The notes under the pieces are model-generated. The model was not told the DNA's origin. It worked only from the letters and a program-made list of their open reading frames with translations, and did not search any database. Shown here piece by piece: positions 40,416-49,593 of a DNA stretch of 64,000 bases. This DNA is from Candidatus Woesebacteria bacterium UBA5941 (lineage in GTDB: Bacteria > Patescibacteriota > Microgenomatia > UBA8517). The stretch is from NCBI GenBank assembly GCA_002430735.1, contig DJCV01000008.1, positions 3,111-67,110 on the forward strand, in the 5' to 3' direction. The position numbers were made by a program, and so were the translations under genes. How positions within the stretch are numbered: the first letter of the stretch is position 1; each line of letters begins with the position of its first letter.

Positions 40416-41894
40416 CTAATTAGTAAAACCGAACATTGGTCTCGAGAGATTTTGATTTTCTCCAGAGCAACTCTGAGCAATACTCTCCTTTGTATATTTA
40501 GCGTAATTAGGATAGATAAGTCCCAGAGCACCAAAACTTTTATCGATTCGGTCTACGAGGGAATGTGGGAAAACGATGGTATAAACTGGTGCTTCAGACA
40601 TTGGAAGATTGACATGGAGATTCTCATAATAAAACAGGTATCGATATCCAAGATCGTTTCCTGGAGAGGTAATATAGCTTACAGAGACACAAGGGTATCC
40701 TTTCTCTCGCGCATCTCGTGCAATTTCATGAACGATTGCTGCGCGGTGAATATATCCGCTGTTGTTAACTGGTTGTGTGAAAAAGCGATTTGCGTTTACG
40801 ACTGAAAAAAGAGCGAGCAGCAGTACCCCGAACACCATGGTATATGGACGCCTCCAGAAAAGCTCGATGACCAATGCTGGAATGAGGATCCACAATACTG
40901 TTAACCCATTTAAATAATATTCTGACAAGTTCAGCGGGTTTCGACTAAAGAAAATCGTATATAACGCTGTCCAAAAAACCATCAAGATACCCCATCGAAA
41001 GGTAATTTTGCGTAATATTACGAGCAATACAAACAACGCACTCATGATGACAAGCGGCGTCTTGTCGGCAAGCGTTATGTAGTTGCCCCAGTAAATTCCC
41101 TGTATGTTTTTGGCAAGGAGCGTTAGTGTGCGGTCCAGTTTTTCTCCAAAGTTGATCGCTGCGTGGCCGCTTGCAGAAAACAAAATGGCACGGGTTTGTA
41201 GAAATCCATTTCGTAGTTCAAAAACAATAAATGGGAGCATCGTACATAGCCCAACTAATAACGAATCTCTTACCATTCTGATGGAGGGCCGTGTTCGCGC
41301 CAAAATGAAAGCGGTGAAACTAACGGGGACTAACAAAACCAATGCAAGATTAAAATTCCAAGAAATAGCATAGAGAAACGCAGTTAGGACGAGTGCGAAA
41401 TATAAGCGTTTAGAGAGAAACAAATGAATAGAAAAGAGAAACCAAACAGACCAAAGCACAACAGGTGTCGTCGGAACTACTTCACGATCTGTCATTACCG
41501 TTAGAAATGAGAGTGCATACAGTAACGCACCGATGAGACCTACTCGTTCGGAGTAAATTCTTTTAAATACATACCAAATTGAACCAATAGTCGCAGCACC
41601 TGTTATTACGGAAAGGAGTATGCCCGAAGTCGGTGCCATTCCTTGCATGACGTATAGTGGTACAAGCAAGTAATACCACAAGGGTCCGATGAACACACCA
41701 TGAACGGATGTTTCTTGCCCAATGAGACGAGGATGATATCGCTCAACAATATCTCTCACGAACCACCCAGAGAGATCATGATCATGGCCATACATAAAAA
41801 GCTCATGTGCTCTCGTACTTCTGAAAAACACACCTAGAATTAATATGACAAAGATCCATGGACTGATCGTTTTTAGTTGAGTTAGATATTTCAT
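40416..41894 (-). CDS. GT-C-like polytopic membrane glycosyltransferase (ArnT/COG1807-related)
   Basis: 492 aa and polytopic. It has an acidic first-loop motif (HDHDLSGWFVRD). It is paralogous to 41894-43414 and 44387-45997. Confidence 0.6.
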   Translation of the reverse strand: MKYLTQLKTISPWIFVILILGVFFRSTRAHELFMYGHDHDLSGWFVRDIVERYHPRLIGQETSVHGVFIGPLWYYLLVPLYVMQGMAPTSGILLSVITGAATIGSIWYVFKRIYSERVGLIGALLYALSFLTVMTDREVVPTTPVVLWSVWFLFSIHLFLSKRLYFALVLTAFLYAISWNFNLALVLLVPVSFTAFILARTRPSIRMVRDSLLVGLCTMLPFIVFELRNGFLQTRAILFSASGHAAINFGEKLDRTLTLLAKNIQGIYWGNYITLADKTPLVIMSALFVLLVILRKITFRWGILMVFWTALYTIFFSRNPLNLSEYYLNGLTVLWILIPALVIELFWRRPYTMVFGVLLLALFSVVNANRFFTQPVNNSGYIHRAAIVHEIARDAREKGYPCVSVSYITSPGNDLGYRYLFYYENLHVNLPMSEAPVYTIVFPHSLVDRIDKSFGALGLIYPNYAKYTKESIAQSCSGENQNLSRPMFGFTN

Positions 41895-43414
41895 TATTTA
41901 AGAAGTCTTTCTCTCCGCTGAACAGTAATACCACCAAACTTTGCTTCATACACTATTCGGCCTATCCCCTCTTGGCGTTTCATCCATGCACTTAATCGCT
42001 CAGGGTGTGGTGGGTCAACTTCATAAATGGTATATAAAAGTGATCGTTGATCTTCAACAATACCTTCCATACCTAGCCCATTTGTGTACCACCTACCGAG
42101 ATAGGTGTATGCATACGGGATAACTGGCGGAACATACGTGTCGATATTGAATTCGCTCCCTGCAGCATCGGTATATATCCAATCAAATACCTGCTTTTGA
42201 TTTCCAAATGCAATGGTTGTAGGACCATCAACACCATCGTGAATAAACGACCATGTTGGTTCAATATTCTGCTTGAAAGAAGTAATCAAAAATACTCCCG
42301 CGATCACGATCCCTATTGCCCAAATGCGCAAAGTCTCACGGAGTAATACTGCAACGAATAATATAAACAGTAAGTAGTAACCTGTGAGATAGTAGTCATA
42401 GATATTTCCTTCATTTCCTTGGAAAAACAACAACCCAATCACCGGCGACAATAGAATAATAAAAAGAGGAATTAAATACTTATTTTTAAGGAGTGCTGGA
42501 AGTTTCAATATTCCCACTCCAATAACGAGTAAAAACAAAACGCTCTCGAGAGAACCTTTTCGTAAAAATATTTTGCTATAGAATACGTCCCAAACAAACT
42601 GAAGTCGTTGTTGGGCAACTTCCCAAAACGACGCTTTAAAGCTTTCGTCAGCACCAAAAAATTTTGCGAGATTGTTGGAAAGGATATTATCGTGCTTCAA
42701 GTCAAAGATAACCAGTGGTGCAGCCGTTATTGCAAATGCAAAAATTGAGAAAACAATTATGAGTACTGATGGGAACTTCGGTTTACGTCTAAAGATACCG
42801 CATTGCCACAGTGCAAACACAAGAAGTGCTGGAAAATAGAAAAATTCCCCTGAAGAGCCAAAATGAAAGAGTGAGCTACCGGCGATAAAGCTGAGCGCTA
42901 TCCATGCCCACTGCTTACCTTTTTGAATAAGGAGCATTGAATACAAAAGCGCGAGTGATAAGAAAAGCATTGGCGTAGGGTTTGAAAGCCATCTACTCGC
43001 ATACATGATGTAAAACGAAAACGAAGCGAGAGTCACAGCAATAATTCCTGTTTTGCGATCAACGAGTTCTTTTCCAAGAATGTATAAGAGGACCAGTGCA
43101 GCTACTGTGGTAAGCGCCAAAAATATCGCTGGATAAACCGGATTACCGTTTCCCAGCCAATAAAAAGGTGCGATTAAGTAATAGTAAAATGGTCCCCTAA
43201 AAATTCCTGCGATACCAGTGGTCGGTCCAATCAGGAAAAATTTACCCTTCTCAAGGAGATCAGCAATGACCAACGCATCTCTCCCTTGATCATAATAAAA
43301 TCCTAATACCTGATCAGTACGAAATACTCGCAAAAAAGTAGCACTTACAAGAATAAATCCAAGAATGAAGTAATTTATTTTGTTCTGAAAAATCTCCGTT
43401 ATTATTTTTTTCAT
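41894..43414 (-). CDS. GT-C-like polytopic membrane glycosyltransferase (ArnT/COG1807-related)
   Basis: FLRVFRTDQVLGFYYDQGRDALVIADLL has a D-x-G-R-D first loop, as in ArnT-like proteins. I chose the start MKKIIT, 1 nt after the upstream stop. The stop overlaps the downstream start as TAATG. Confidence 0.6.
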   Translation of the reverse strand: MKKIITEIFQNKINYFILGFILVSATFLRVFRTDQVLGFYYDQGRDALVIADLLEKGKFFLIGPTTGIAGIFRGPFYYYLIAPFYWLGNGNPVYPAIFLALTTVAALVLLYILGKELVDRKTGIIAVTLASFSFYIMYASRWLSNPTPMLFLSLALLYSMLLIQKGKQWAWIALSFIAGSSLFHFGSSGEFFYFPALLVFALWQCGIFRRKPKFPSVLIIVFSIFAFAITAAPLVIFDLKHDNILSNNLAKFFGADESFKASFWEVAQQRLQFVWDVFYSKIFLRKGSLESVLFLLVIGVGILKLPALLKNKYLIPLFIILLSPVIGLLFFQGNEGNIYDYYLTGYYLLFILFVAVLLRETLRIWAIGIVIAGVFLITSFKQNIEPTWSFIHDGVDGPTTIAFGNQKQVFDWIYTDAAGSEFNIDTYVPPVIPYAYTYLGRWYTNGLGMEGIVEDQRSLLYTIYEVDPPHPERLSAWMKRQEGIGRIVYEAKFGGITVQRRERLLK

Positions 43415-43415
43415 A

Positions 43416-44390
43416 TTAAGAAATAGATTTACATGCGCTGAGTACTTTATGTAACGCCTCATCAAAGCTCATTCCTCGAAGCCACGCACCGGATGCAGCT
43501 GGATGGCCTCCACCACCAAATTGTAGCGCAATCACAGATGTATCGACTCCTGTCCGAGAGCGAAAGCTCACCGAGACACTCCCGGGCTGCTCTTCGGTCA
43601 TAATAAAACTAAACGTTGAGTCTTTAATTTTAGAAAGAATTGCGCTTGCTGCTGTTTCTCGAGTTCCATAGATATGAACAAAGTCCTTATATTCATCGTA
43701 CGGAATGGCGACATACGTAAATCCTGTTTCATCTTTTGTTAATTTATTAATCACAACGCCCCAAAATTTTATTAACTCAAGAGGAAGGCTCTGGAACAAA
43801 TGAAAGTTAATTGTTGAGATATCTGCTCCTTTTTTAATCAGTTTATCTGCAGTTTCAAATGTTTTATCAAACACTTCAAATTGAAAAGATCCAGTATCTC
43901 CCAGTATTCCTGCAAGTAGGGCAGTTGCCATTGGCTTTGTTATTGAAACACCCCAATCATCAAAAATATTACAAAGCATTTCACATACTGAGCTTGTTTT
44001 GTAATCAAGCAAACTCATTTCACCGAACCCTTTATTGGATGTGTGATTATCTATAACAATAACGGGTATCTTTGGTTCCGTGAAATGAGGATCTATAAAG
44101 AGCCGGGACCAGTTTGAAGTATCACAAACAATAAATAAATCCCATTCATTAAAAGCAAAGTCTTCAAATTTATGTGTTTCGATTTTTTCTGAACCTTCAA
44201 TAAAAGATAGAAATGGTGGGATGTGATCTGGGCAGATTAATTTCACTGTCTTTCCCATATCCTCAAGCACGCGTCCTAAGGAAACAGCTGAACCGACAGT
44301 GTCGGAATCAGGATGATGATGACAGGATAAAAGTATCTTTTGGGCAGCGTTAATCTGATCTCGCATTACGGCAGACTCTGGGTAGTTCAT
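43416..44390 (-). CDS. DHH/DHHA1 family phosphoesterase (NrnA-like nanoRNase / pAp phosphatase)
   Basis: HHHPDSDTVGSAVSL is DHH motif I-II. IVIDNHTS is DHH motif III. GGGHPAASGA is the DHHA1 GGGH motif. Confidence 0.8.
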   Translation of the reverse strand: MNYPESAVMRDQINAAQKILLSCHHHPDSDTVGSAVSLGRVLEDMGKTVKLICPDHIPPFLSFIEGSEKIETHKFEDFAFNEWDLFIVCDTSNWSRLFIDPHFTEPKIPVIVIDNHTSNKGFGEMSLLDYKTSSVCEMLCNIFDDWGVSITKPMATALLAGILGDTGSFQFEVFDKTFETADKLIKKGADISTINFHLFQSLPLELIKFWGVVINKLTKDETGFTYVAIPYDEYKDFVHIYGTRETAASAILSKIKDSTFSFIMTEEQPGSVSVSFRSRTGVDTSVIALQFGGGGHPAASGAWLRGMSFDEALHKVLSACKSIS

Positions 44391-45997
44391 TTTGATTTCT
44401 TTAGGGTCGCACTTGGAGTTGAAGATGGTGTTGGATAGTCATGTACTAATTTAAAAATATTGACCCCTGAAACATTCCACGTGTTTTCTATTTTACTCCA
44501 GCCAAAATTCGCAATCTCTGCTTTAGCATTATGTGTCGGGTCACATTTCTCAACTGGTAATTCACATGCTACAAAAAGCTGAGGGGCAATCGTGTCTTTT
44601 GTGTTTTGAGGATCAATCACTCTAAAGCGAGGATTCCCATCTAAGAAGTACTGATATGCGCCCTCATAGTTTCGCTCTGCAATTACCGCGAAGTTAAACG
44701 TTTCTGTTCCGCTTTGATTCAAAATAAAATCAGCAACCTCCGTTGAACGTGGTAATTGTCTATTCGGCTGATATTGAAGCGGTGATGCTTTGAGATTTAC
44801 CCATACTAATAACATCAATGCTGCAACCGTCCACCACATGCCGCGAAATCGATATTTATGGGAAATATACCCAAGTACCGCACCTATCAATATAAAGGGA
44901 ATAACGAACAAAAAGCCATAGTAATGATCATAAATCTGCTGTTTATAAAGTGCTAATCCCAGTAGCCCTGTCCCCAACCACACGAGAAGCAATAAAACAG
45001 CCTTTTTCTCTTTCGTAAACGCAAACCGACGTGCACCGTTCAACAAGAGAAATGCACTCGCGAGCACTGATAATGCAATCCACTGCCCGACCTCAGGTTC
45101 GTACCCTCCTACTAACCGGGTGGTTATTTCAGATAATTGAGGGAAAATGCCAGGCAAAGCCTTCCATGGCTTTATAGAAACGGTTGTTTGTCGCTCAGTA
45201 AAAAATACTTTGATGGCATTAAAGTTCATCCAATTGTGGCGATAATCAAAGATCGCCAATGGTGACATTAAGATTAGGAATAACACTCCTGCCAATACAC
45301 TCCAGAGAAGAAACTGTTTATAAGGCTTTCTGTTCTTTACGATTTCAATAACACTCAACAACCAGAAAATCCCTACCGGCATAAAAAGGAGTAATGCTAG
45401 ATAATGCGATTGCAAAGAAGCAGCCAAGGAAACTGCCGCAACAGGTATCCAGCGGTATTGTTTCTCATGCCATACTTTCCAAATAGCCCACATAGCAAGC
45501 AATGAAAAGAATGGAAGAATGTTCGGATTCCAAGAGGATCGACTATAGATAATGACAGTTGGTGATAACGCATAGATAAGCGCAGCTACGACTGCGGCTG
45601 TTTTTCCAAACCATGCACGCGTTACGAACCATACAAACCATACGGTGAAAATTCCAAGAAGCGCAACTCCTACCGCAGGTCCAACTGGTGAATAATTGGC
45701 AATAAACAAAAATGGTGCCATTAAATAGTAGTACAAAGGTCCGAGATACATATTTCCGATAGATGTTCCTGGACCAATAAGCATTATGTCCCCTTGTGTT
45801 AGAAACCTTCTGACAATAATGACATCTCGCCCCTCATCGCCTAAGAATGTTAAGTAATCTCCTATGCGGTAGAGTCGGCAAAAAGCAGCTACAAATAAAA
45901 TGAGTGCGAGAATAAACGCTTCTGACTTATGTGCAACGCACCAGTTACGGAGCGATTGTATAAAATGAGCTAGTTTATTTATCGAAGCTTGAACCAT
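44387..45997 (-). CDS. GT-C-like polytopic membrane glycosyltransferase (ArnT/COG1807-related)
   Basis: CRLYRIGDYLTFLGDEGRDVIIVRRFL motif. 536 aa. Confidence 0.65.
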   Translation of the reverse strand: MVQASINKLAHFIQSLRNWCVAHKSEAFILALILFVAAFCRLYRIGDYLTFLGDEGRDVIIVRRFLTQGDIMLIGPGTSIGNMYLGPLYYYLMAPFLFIANYSPVGPAVGVALLGIFTVWFVWFVTRAWFGKTAAVVAALIYALSPTVIIYSRSSWNPNILPFFSLLAMWAIWKVWHEKQYRWIPVAAVSLAASLQSHYLALLLFMPVGIFWLLSVIEIVKNRKPYKQFLLWSVLAGVLFLILMSPLAIFDYRHNWMNFNAIKVFFTERQTTVSIKPWKALPGIFPQLSEITTRLVGGYEPEVGQWIALSVLASAFLLLNGARRFAFTKEKKAVLLLLVWLGTGLLGLALYKQQIYDHYYGFLFVIPFILIGAVLGYISHKYRFRGMWWTVAALMLLVWVNLKASPLQYQPNRQLPRSTEVADFILNQSGTETFNFAVIAERNYEGAYQYFLDGNPRFRVIDPQNTKDTIAPQLFVACELPVEKCDPTHNAKAEIANFGWSKIENTWNVSGVNIFKLVHDYPTPSSTPSATLKKSK

Positions 45998-46683
45998 AAC
46001 TTAAATAAGTCTTTGAAACTTTGAATAATGACATTTAAATCACGACCAGTACCAGAACCTTTTGTTCTTGGATAGTGATTCACTGGTATTTCGACAATCT
46101 TGAACCCATATCGCTTAGATTTAATAAGGAATTCACTACTAATAAAGGCACCACGTTCGCTTTCCAGTTGTGGTATTTTATCAACCACTTTTTTAGAGAT
46201 AAGTTTAAATCCACAATCAATATCGGTAACTTTCAAACCAAATAGCAAGAAGACCGCCATTTCCCATAATTTACTTGTTAATATTTTAAATGTTGAGACC
46301 TGTCTTTTTTTATAATACCCAACAACCAAATCAGCTTTTGTTTTTCGTTGGGTCTCAATAAAATTTGTTACCTCTGAAAAATCAAACTGTCCGTCTGCAT
46401 CTGTAAATGTGATCCACTCATATGCTGCGTTATAAAGGCCGCTTTTTAGAGCGGCACCGTATCCTCTGTTTACTTCATGGTGAATGGGGCGTACATGTTT
46501 GTGTTTCTTGGCAATAGCATCAATTACCTTTCCAGTTTTATCTTTTGAACCATCATTAATAATGAGGATCTCCCATTTTGAAGCAACCGTTGGAAGAACT
46601 GTAATAGCCTTTTCTACCGTTTCAGTAATATTTGCTTCCTCGTTATAAGCCGGAAAAAAGACTGTCAGCTCTGGAACTTTCAT
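45979..46683 (-). CDS. GT2 polyprenol-phosphate glycosyltransferase (ArnC/GtrB/DPM1-like)
   Basis: LTVFFPAYNEEANI...ILIINDGSKDKT...FTDADGQFD, 234 aa. Confidence 0.85.
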   Translation of the reverse strand: MKVPELTVFFPAYNEEANITETVEKAITVLPTVASKWEILIINDGSKDKTGKVIDAIAKKHKHVRPIHHEVNRGYGAALKSGLYNAAYEWITFTDADGQFDFSEVTNFIETQRKTKADLVVGYYKKRQVSTFKILTSKLWEMAVFLLFGLKVTDIDCGFKLISKKVVDKIPQLESERGAFISSEFLIKSKRYGFKIVEIPVNHYPRTKGSGTGRDLNVIIQSFKDLFKLWFKLR

Positions 46684-46686
46684 GTT

Positions 46687-47886
46687 ATGGCTAGTCTAGC
46701 ACATACAACCCGTTACGTGGTACCATTGACCATGAAATTTCGTTCATACGCATTGGTTCTCTTAATGAGCCTAGTGCCGACGCTTATTTTGTGGGTACCC
46801 TTTTACTTCCAGCTCCCATCTGTGTGGGGTATCCCTATTCCAAAAGGTGGAATGCAGCTAATTGTTGGAAACTACGATGGTCCACTTTATATAGTAGTTG
46901 CGAAATCCCTCTACGCGAAGGAGCTCATTCTTGGAAACTTCTCGTTTAATCTTCCGTATGAATACTATGCGGCTCATTTTCCGCTCTTTCCACTTCTCAT
47001 CAGGTTTTTTGCAACCGCAAGTGGTTATCCATGGGGAATGCTCATTACAACGGTTCTCGGCAGCTTCTTTGCGCACGTTATGTTTTATAAGCTCATCAAA
47101 GAGTATGTCTCCGAGGAACATTCACTCTGGCTTACCTTTGTGTTTGCACTCTTTCCAGCACGTTGGCTGATCGTACGATCAGTAGGCTCACCAGAGCCAC
47201 TTTTTATAGGTGCAATTATTGCAGCACTATTCTATTTCAGAAAAAAGCAGTACTTGCTTGCCGGGTTATTTGGTGCAATAGCGCAAGCTACCAAATCACC
47301 AGGCATACTTCTTTTTATTGCTCTTTCAATCGCAGTCATTCTTCCTCGACTACATAGACTCGCGCTCACGAATGATTTGAAGAAATGGATACAAACATTC
47401 CATTGGAATGTAGTGTTTCTTTCGCTTATTCCATTATCACTTGCAGCGGTCTTTTATGGCTATCAGTTAACGTTTGGTGATTTTCTCGCGTATTTTAAGT
47501 CTGGAGATAATATCCATTTGTTCTTTCCACCGTTTCAGATTTTTAACTACAGCCAACCGTGGGTAAACACACATTGGCTTGAAGAAATAATTTTCATCTA
47601 TTTATTTGGTGCTATTGGCATTATCAAGCTCTTAAGAGACAAAGACTGGGCGTTAGCAAGTTTTGTCGGAGTATACTTCTTTACTACGCTGTTTGTGTCA
47701 CACAGAGACTTACTAAGGTACAGTTTACCAATGGTTCCATTCCTTATTGTTGCATTTCGTCGTGAGCTCGTTAAAAAGGAAGTGCTTATTGGTGGGGCTG
47801 TTATATTAATTCCAATCTTTTTATATAGTTATGCCTTTATCTCAAATAACATAATGCCGATTGGAGACTGGGGGCCATTTTTATAA
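46687..47886 (+). CDS. polytopic membrane protein, putative GT-C-type mannosyltransferase (DUF2029/PIG-V-like)
   Basis: 399 aa and polytopic. It is divergent from the polyprenol-P GT2 with a 3 nt spacer. An alternative start is at MKFRSY (46732). Confidence 0.4.
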   Translation: MASLAHTTRYVVPLTMKFRSYALVLLMSLVPTLILWVPFYFQLPSVWGIPIPKGGMQLIVGNYDGPLYIVVAKSLYAKELILGNFSFNLPYEYYAAHFPLFPLLIRFFATASGYPWGMLITTVLGSFFAHVMFYKLIKEYVSEEHSLWLTFVFALFPARWLIVRSVGSPEPLFIGAIIAALFYFRKKQYLLAGLFGAIAQATKSPGILLFIALSIAVILPRLHRLALTNDLKKWIQTFHWNVVFLSLIPLSLAAVFYGYQLTFGDFLAYFKSGDNIHLFFPPFQIFNYSQPWVNTHWLEEIIFIYLFGAIGIIKLLRDKDWALASFVGVYFFTTLFVSHRDLLRYSLPMVPFLIVAFRRELVKKEVLIGGAVILIPIFLYSYAFISNNIMPIGDWGPFL

Positions 47887-48723
47887 TGCGCTAACGAGCG
47901 AGAGGTTCAAGCCTGAGGTTCGTGGAAGGACAACTTCTTTTGCAAATAACGATTCTGTGTACGCTTCAAGTATTTCCTTTACCCCTACTCGCGTGGAGAA
48001 CGCATCATGTAACACATCCGAGACATACATGAACTTATGGTCAGTCAGTTTATGGCTACTAAATGAATAGCCATACGGAAGCCTCAGTTGGAAACAAGAA
48101 ACTTCTACATCAAGCAAATAATATGTAAAGAACCGATATGAGAGTCGAGACACCATTTCGTCTACAAATCTTCTGTCTGAAAAACACCCATTAATTGCAT
48201 GGTTTTCGAGGACCTCTTGCTGGATAACACGAAAGATGCGGTCATTTGTCGTATCTCGTGGCGAGGAGAATGTCATTGGAATGGTATTAATGCCAGCGAC
48301 TTTTCCGTACATTGGATTGCTAAAGATTTCTCTCGCGATGAGCACTTGATGGGGATCGTTCTCACTGCTCACAATTACTGCAGTCGCTTTACGGTGAGGG
48401 ATTGATTGTTCGATGCGATCGTATATTCGGTGCAAGGTTGAAATTGAAGTTTTAAAGTCGGAAGGCATTCGTTTGTATAACCGTTCAAGCGGTGTGCCGG
48501 GTTCCATCTGCTTCATGCGAAAAAAGTGGAGCGCTTCTGTTAGATTTGTGTGCCTTCCTGCGGATCCAACAATCCCATACCGTGTGAGCCTTCGGTGATA
48601 GTCAGCAAATGAAAAAGGGACGGTTGAATCAACACCAAGAATCGCCTCTTCCACTGAACCATACTGAAAATATCTCTTAATGAGCCATTCGTCGCTATAG
48701 CGGACGATAGTCTTTTTTTCCAT
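47881..48723 (-). CDS. hypothetical soluble protein (280 aa)
   Basis: Clean ORF with no recognised motif. It lies next to the non-coding island. Confidence 0.4.
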   Translation of the reverse strand: MEKKTIVRYSDEWLIKRYFQYGSVEEAILGVDSTVPFSFADYHRRLTRYGIVGSAGRHTNLTEALHFFRMKQMEPGTPLERLYKRMPSDFKTSISTLHRIYDRIEQSIPHRKATAVIVSSENDPHQVLIAREIFSNPMYGKVAGINTIPMTFSSPRDTTNDRIFRVIQQEVLENHAINGCFSDRRFVDEMVSRLSYRFFTYYLLDVEVSCFQLRLPYGYSFSSHKLTDHKFMYVSDVLHDAFSTRVGVKEILEAYTESLFAKEVVLPRTSGLNLSLVSAL

Positions 48724-49054
48724 ATCTTTCGTATTGTATGCCTACATCTTCGTATTTACAGCTATTTTTGCAAAATAGAGAGACTTTGAGAGAAGTCGTG
48801 GGCGACAATAGCACAACGGTGAGTGAAAGGATACGAAGAATGCAAATTTCAAGACACTGGAGAATGAATCCGCAGCGGTACCGTCTGCAAGGAGTCAGAT
48901 ACGCAAATGGTGAAGTAAGCCTCCAGGCGAGACCAAATCCGCCTTCCGGCAATGTAGAAACAATTGACCAACAGACGAAGCAAAGCGAAACAGATACGAG
49001 AAGCGTCATCTCACCCGTTGAACAGGTCGCGTCTTAACACGCGACCTATATTTT
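48724..49054 (+). other. non-coding island, about 330 nt, GC-richer than its flanks, ending in an intrinsic terminator; candidate small RNA
   Basis: This is the longest intergenic stretch in the window. No ORF in it has an RBS. It ends in a perfect hairpin plus a U-tract. Confidence 0.25.
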
Positions 49055-49055
49055 G
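49025..49055 (+). terminator. intrinsic terminator (8 bp perfect stem GGTCGCGT / ACGCGACC, 6 nt loop, then TATATTTT)
   Basis: Read directly from the sequence at 49025-49046, followed by a T-rich tract. Confidence 0.55.
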
Positions 49056-49081
49056 CCTATAGCAAATAAAAAGAGTATAAT
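49053..49081 (+). promoter_or_regulatory. sigma-70-like promoter: TTGCCT, 17 bp spacer, TATAAT
   Basis: The -35 element is at 49053-49058 and the -10 at 49076-49081, exactly 17 bp apart. About 25 nt downstream lies AAGGAGG (49107-49113), and the GTG start follows at 49119. Confidence 0.45.
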
Positions 49082-49118
49082 TACACATCGGTTTTGAATG
49101 TATAGCAAGGAGGCTATT

Positions 49119-49529
49119 GTGAGAAAAATCGATATTTTGTGCCTGAATCGGTACACTGAGATGCTCGCGGTACTGGTGAATAGGCTCAGTGAGCGTACCG
49201 GGAAAATCGTTTCCGGGTGTTTGGAAGCCCGTCCTGAATCCTTGTCCTTTTATTTCCAAGAGGACCCAGACGTGTTCGTCCTGGACGTTTTGGATGATGA
49301 GTCATTGGATGAAGCGGAGCAGTTTCTTGTCAATTCAGGCGATTTCAACTTATTGCGAAACGTCCCGACCATTGTAATGGTGGGCAAAGGACTTGACCCG
49401 CAAATAGTTGAACCGAAGATTCGAAAAGCCGGGGGCGGCATTCGCCCATATACGTTTTTTGTGAGGGGTCATGGTGACATTGAAATTTTGGCGCAACACG
49501 TCACGATGGCACTCCCGCAGCCGGCATAG
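49119..49529 (+). CDS. hypothetical protein (about 136 aa), weakly receiver-domain-like
   Basis: A perfect AAGGAGG Shine-Dalgarno sits 5 nt before the in-frame GTG. DVFVLDVLDDESLDEAEQFL resembles the acidic pocket of a CheY-like fold, but I cannot establish a phospho-Asp motif. Confidence 0.5.
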   Translation: MRKIDILCLNRYTEMLAVLVNRLSERTGKIVSGCLEARPESLSFYFQEDPDVFVLDVLDDESLDEAEQFLVNSGDFNLLRNVPTIVMVGKGLDPQIVEPKIRKAGGGIRPYTFFVRGHGDIEILAQHVTMALPQPA

Positions 49530-49549
49530 AGGTTCCCCTGTGGAATCAG

Positions 49550-49582
49550 CCGTGCGAGACACGATAATCGCACGGTTTTTTT
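49550..49582 (+). terminator. intrinsic terminator (8 bp stem CCGTGCGA / TCGCACGG, 10 nt loop, T7)
   Basis: The hairpin is at 49550-49575 and the TTTTTTT run at 49576-49582. It lies between convergent genes. Confidence 0.6.
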
Positions 49583-49593
49583 GTGCAAAAAAA

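Noticed and set aside
40452-40805. Possible mobile elements, transposases or integrases anywhere in the window
   Set aside because: No ORF has transposase or integrase motifs (DDE, tyrosine or serine recombinase), and no terminal inverted repeats were seen. The GC-richer islets are too small and encode ordinary-looking proteins.
48935-48960. CCGGAAGG / GGTACCG strings reminiscent of SRP RNA helix 8 and the T-box core
   Set aside because: Only 7-8 nt match, and the flanking sequence does not reproduce the SRP symmetric loop or the T-box antiterminator. It is not enough to call either RNA.
48738-49037. 99 aa plus-strand ORF inside the non-coding island (and the 104 aa antisense ORF 48695-49009)
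   Set aside because: There is no RBS, the composition is hydrophilic and low-complexity, and the stop lies inside the terminator loop. I treat the region as non-coding RNA or leader rather than protein-coding.
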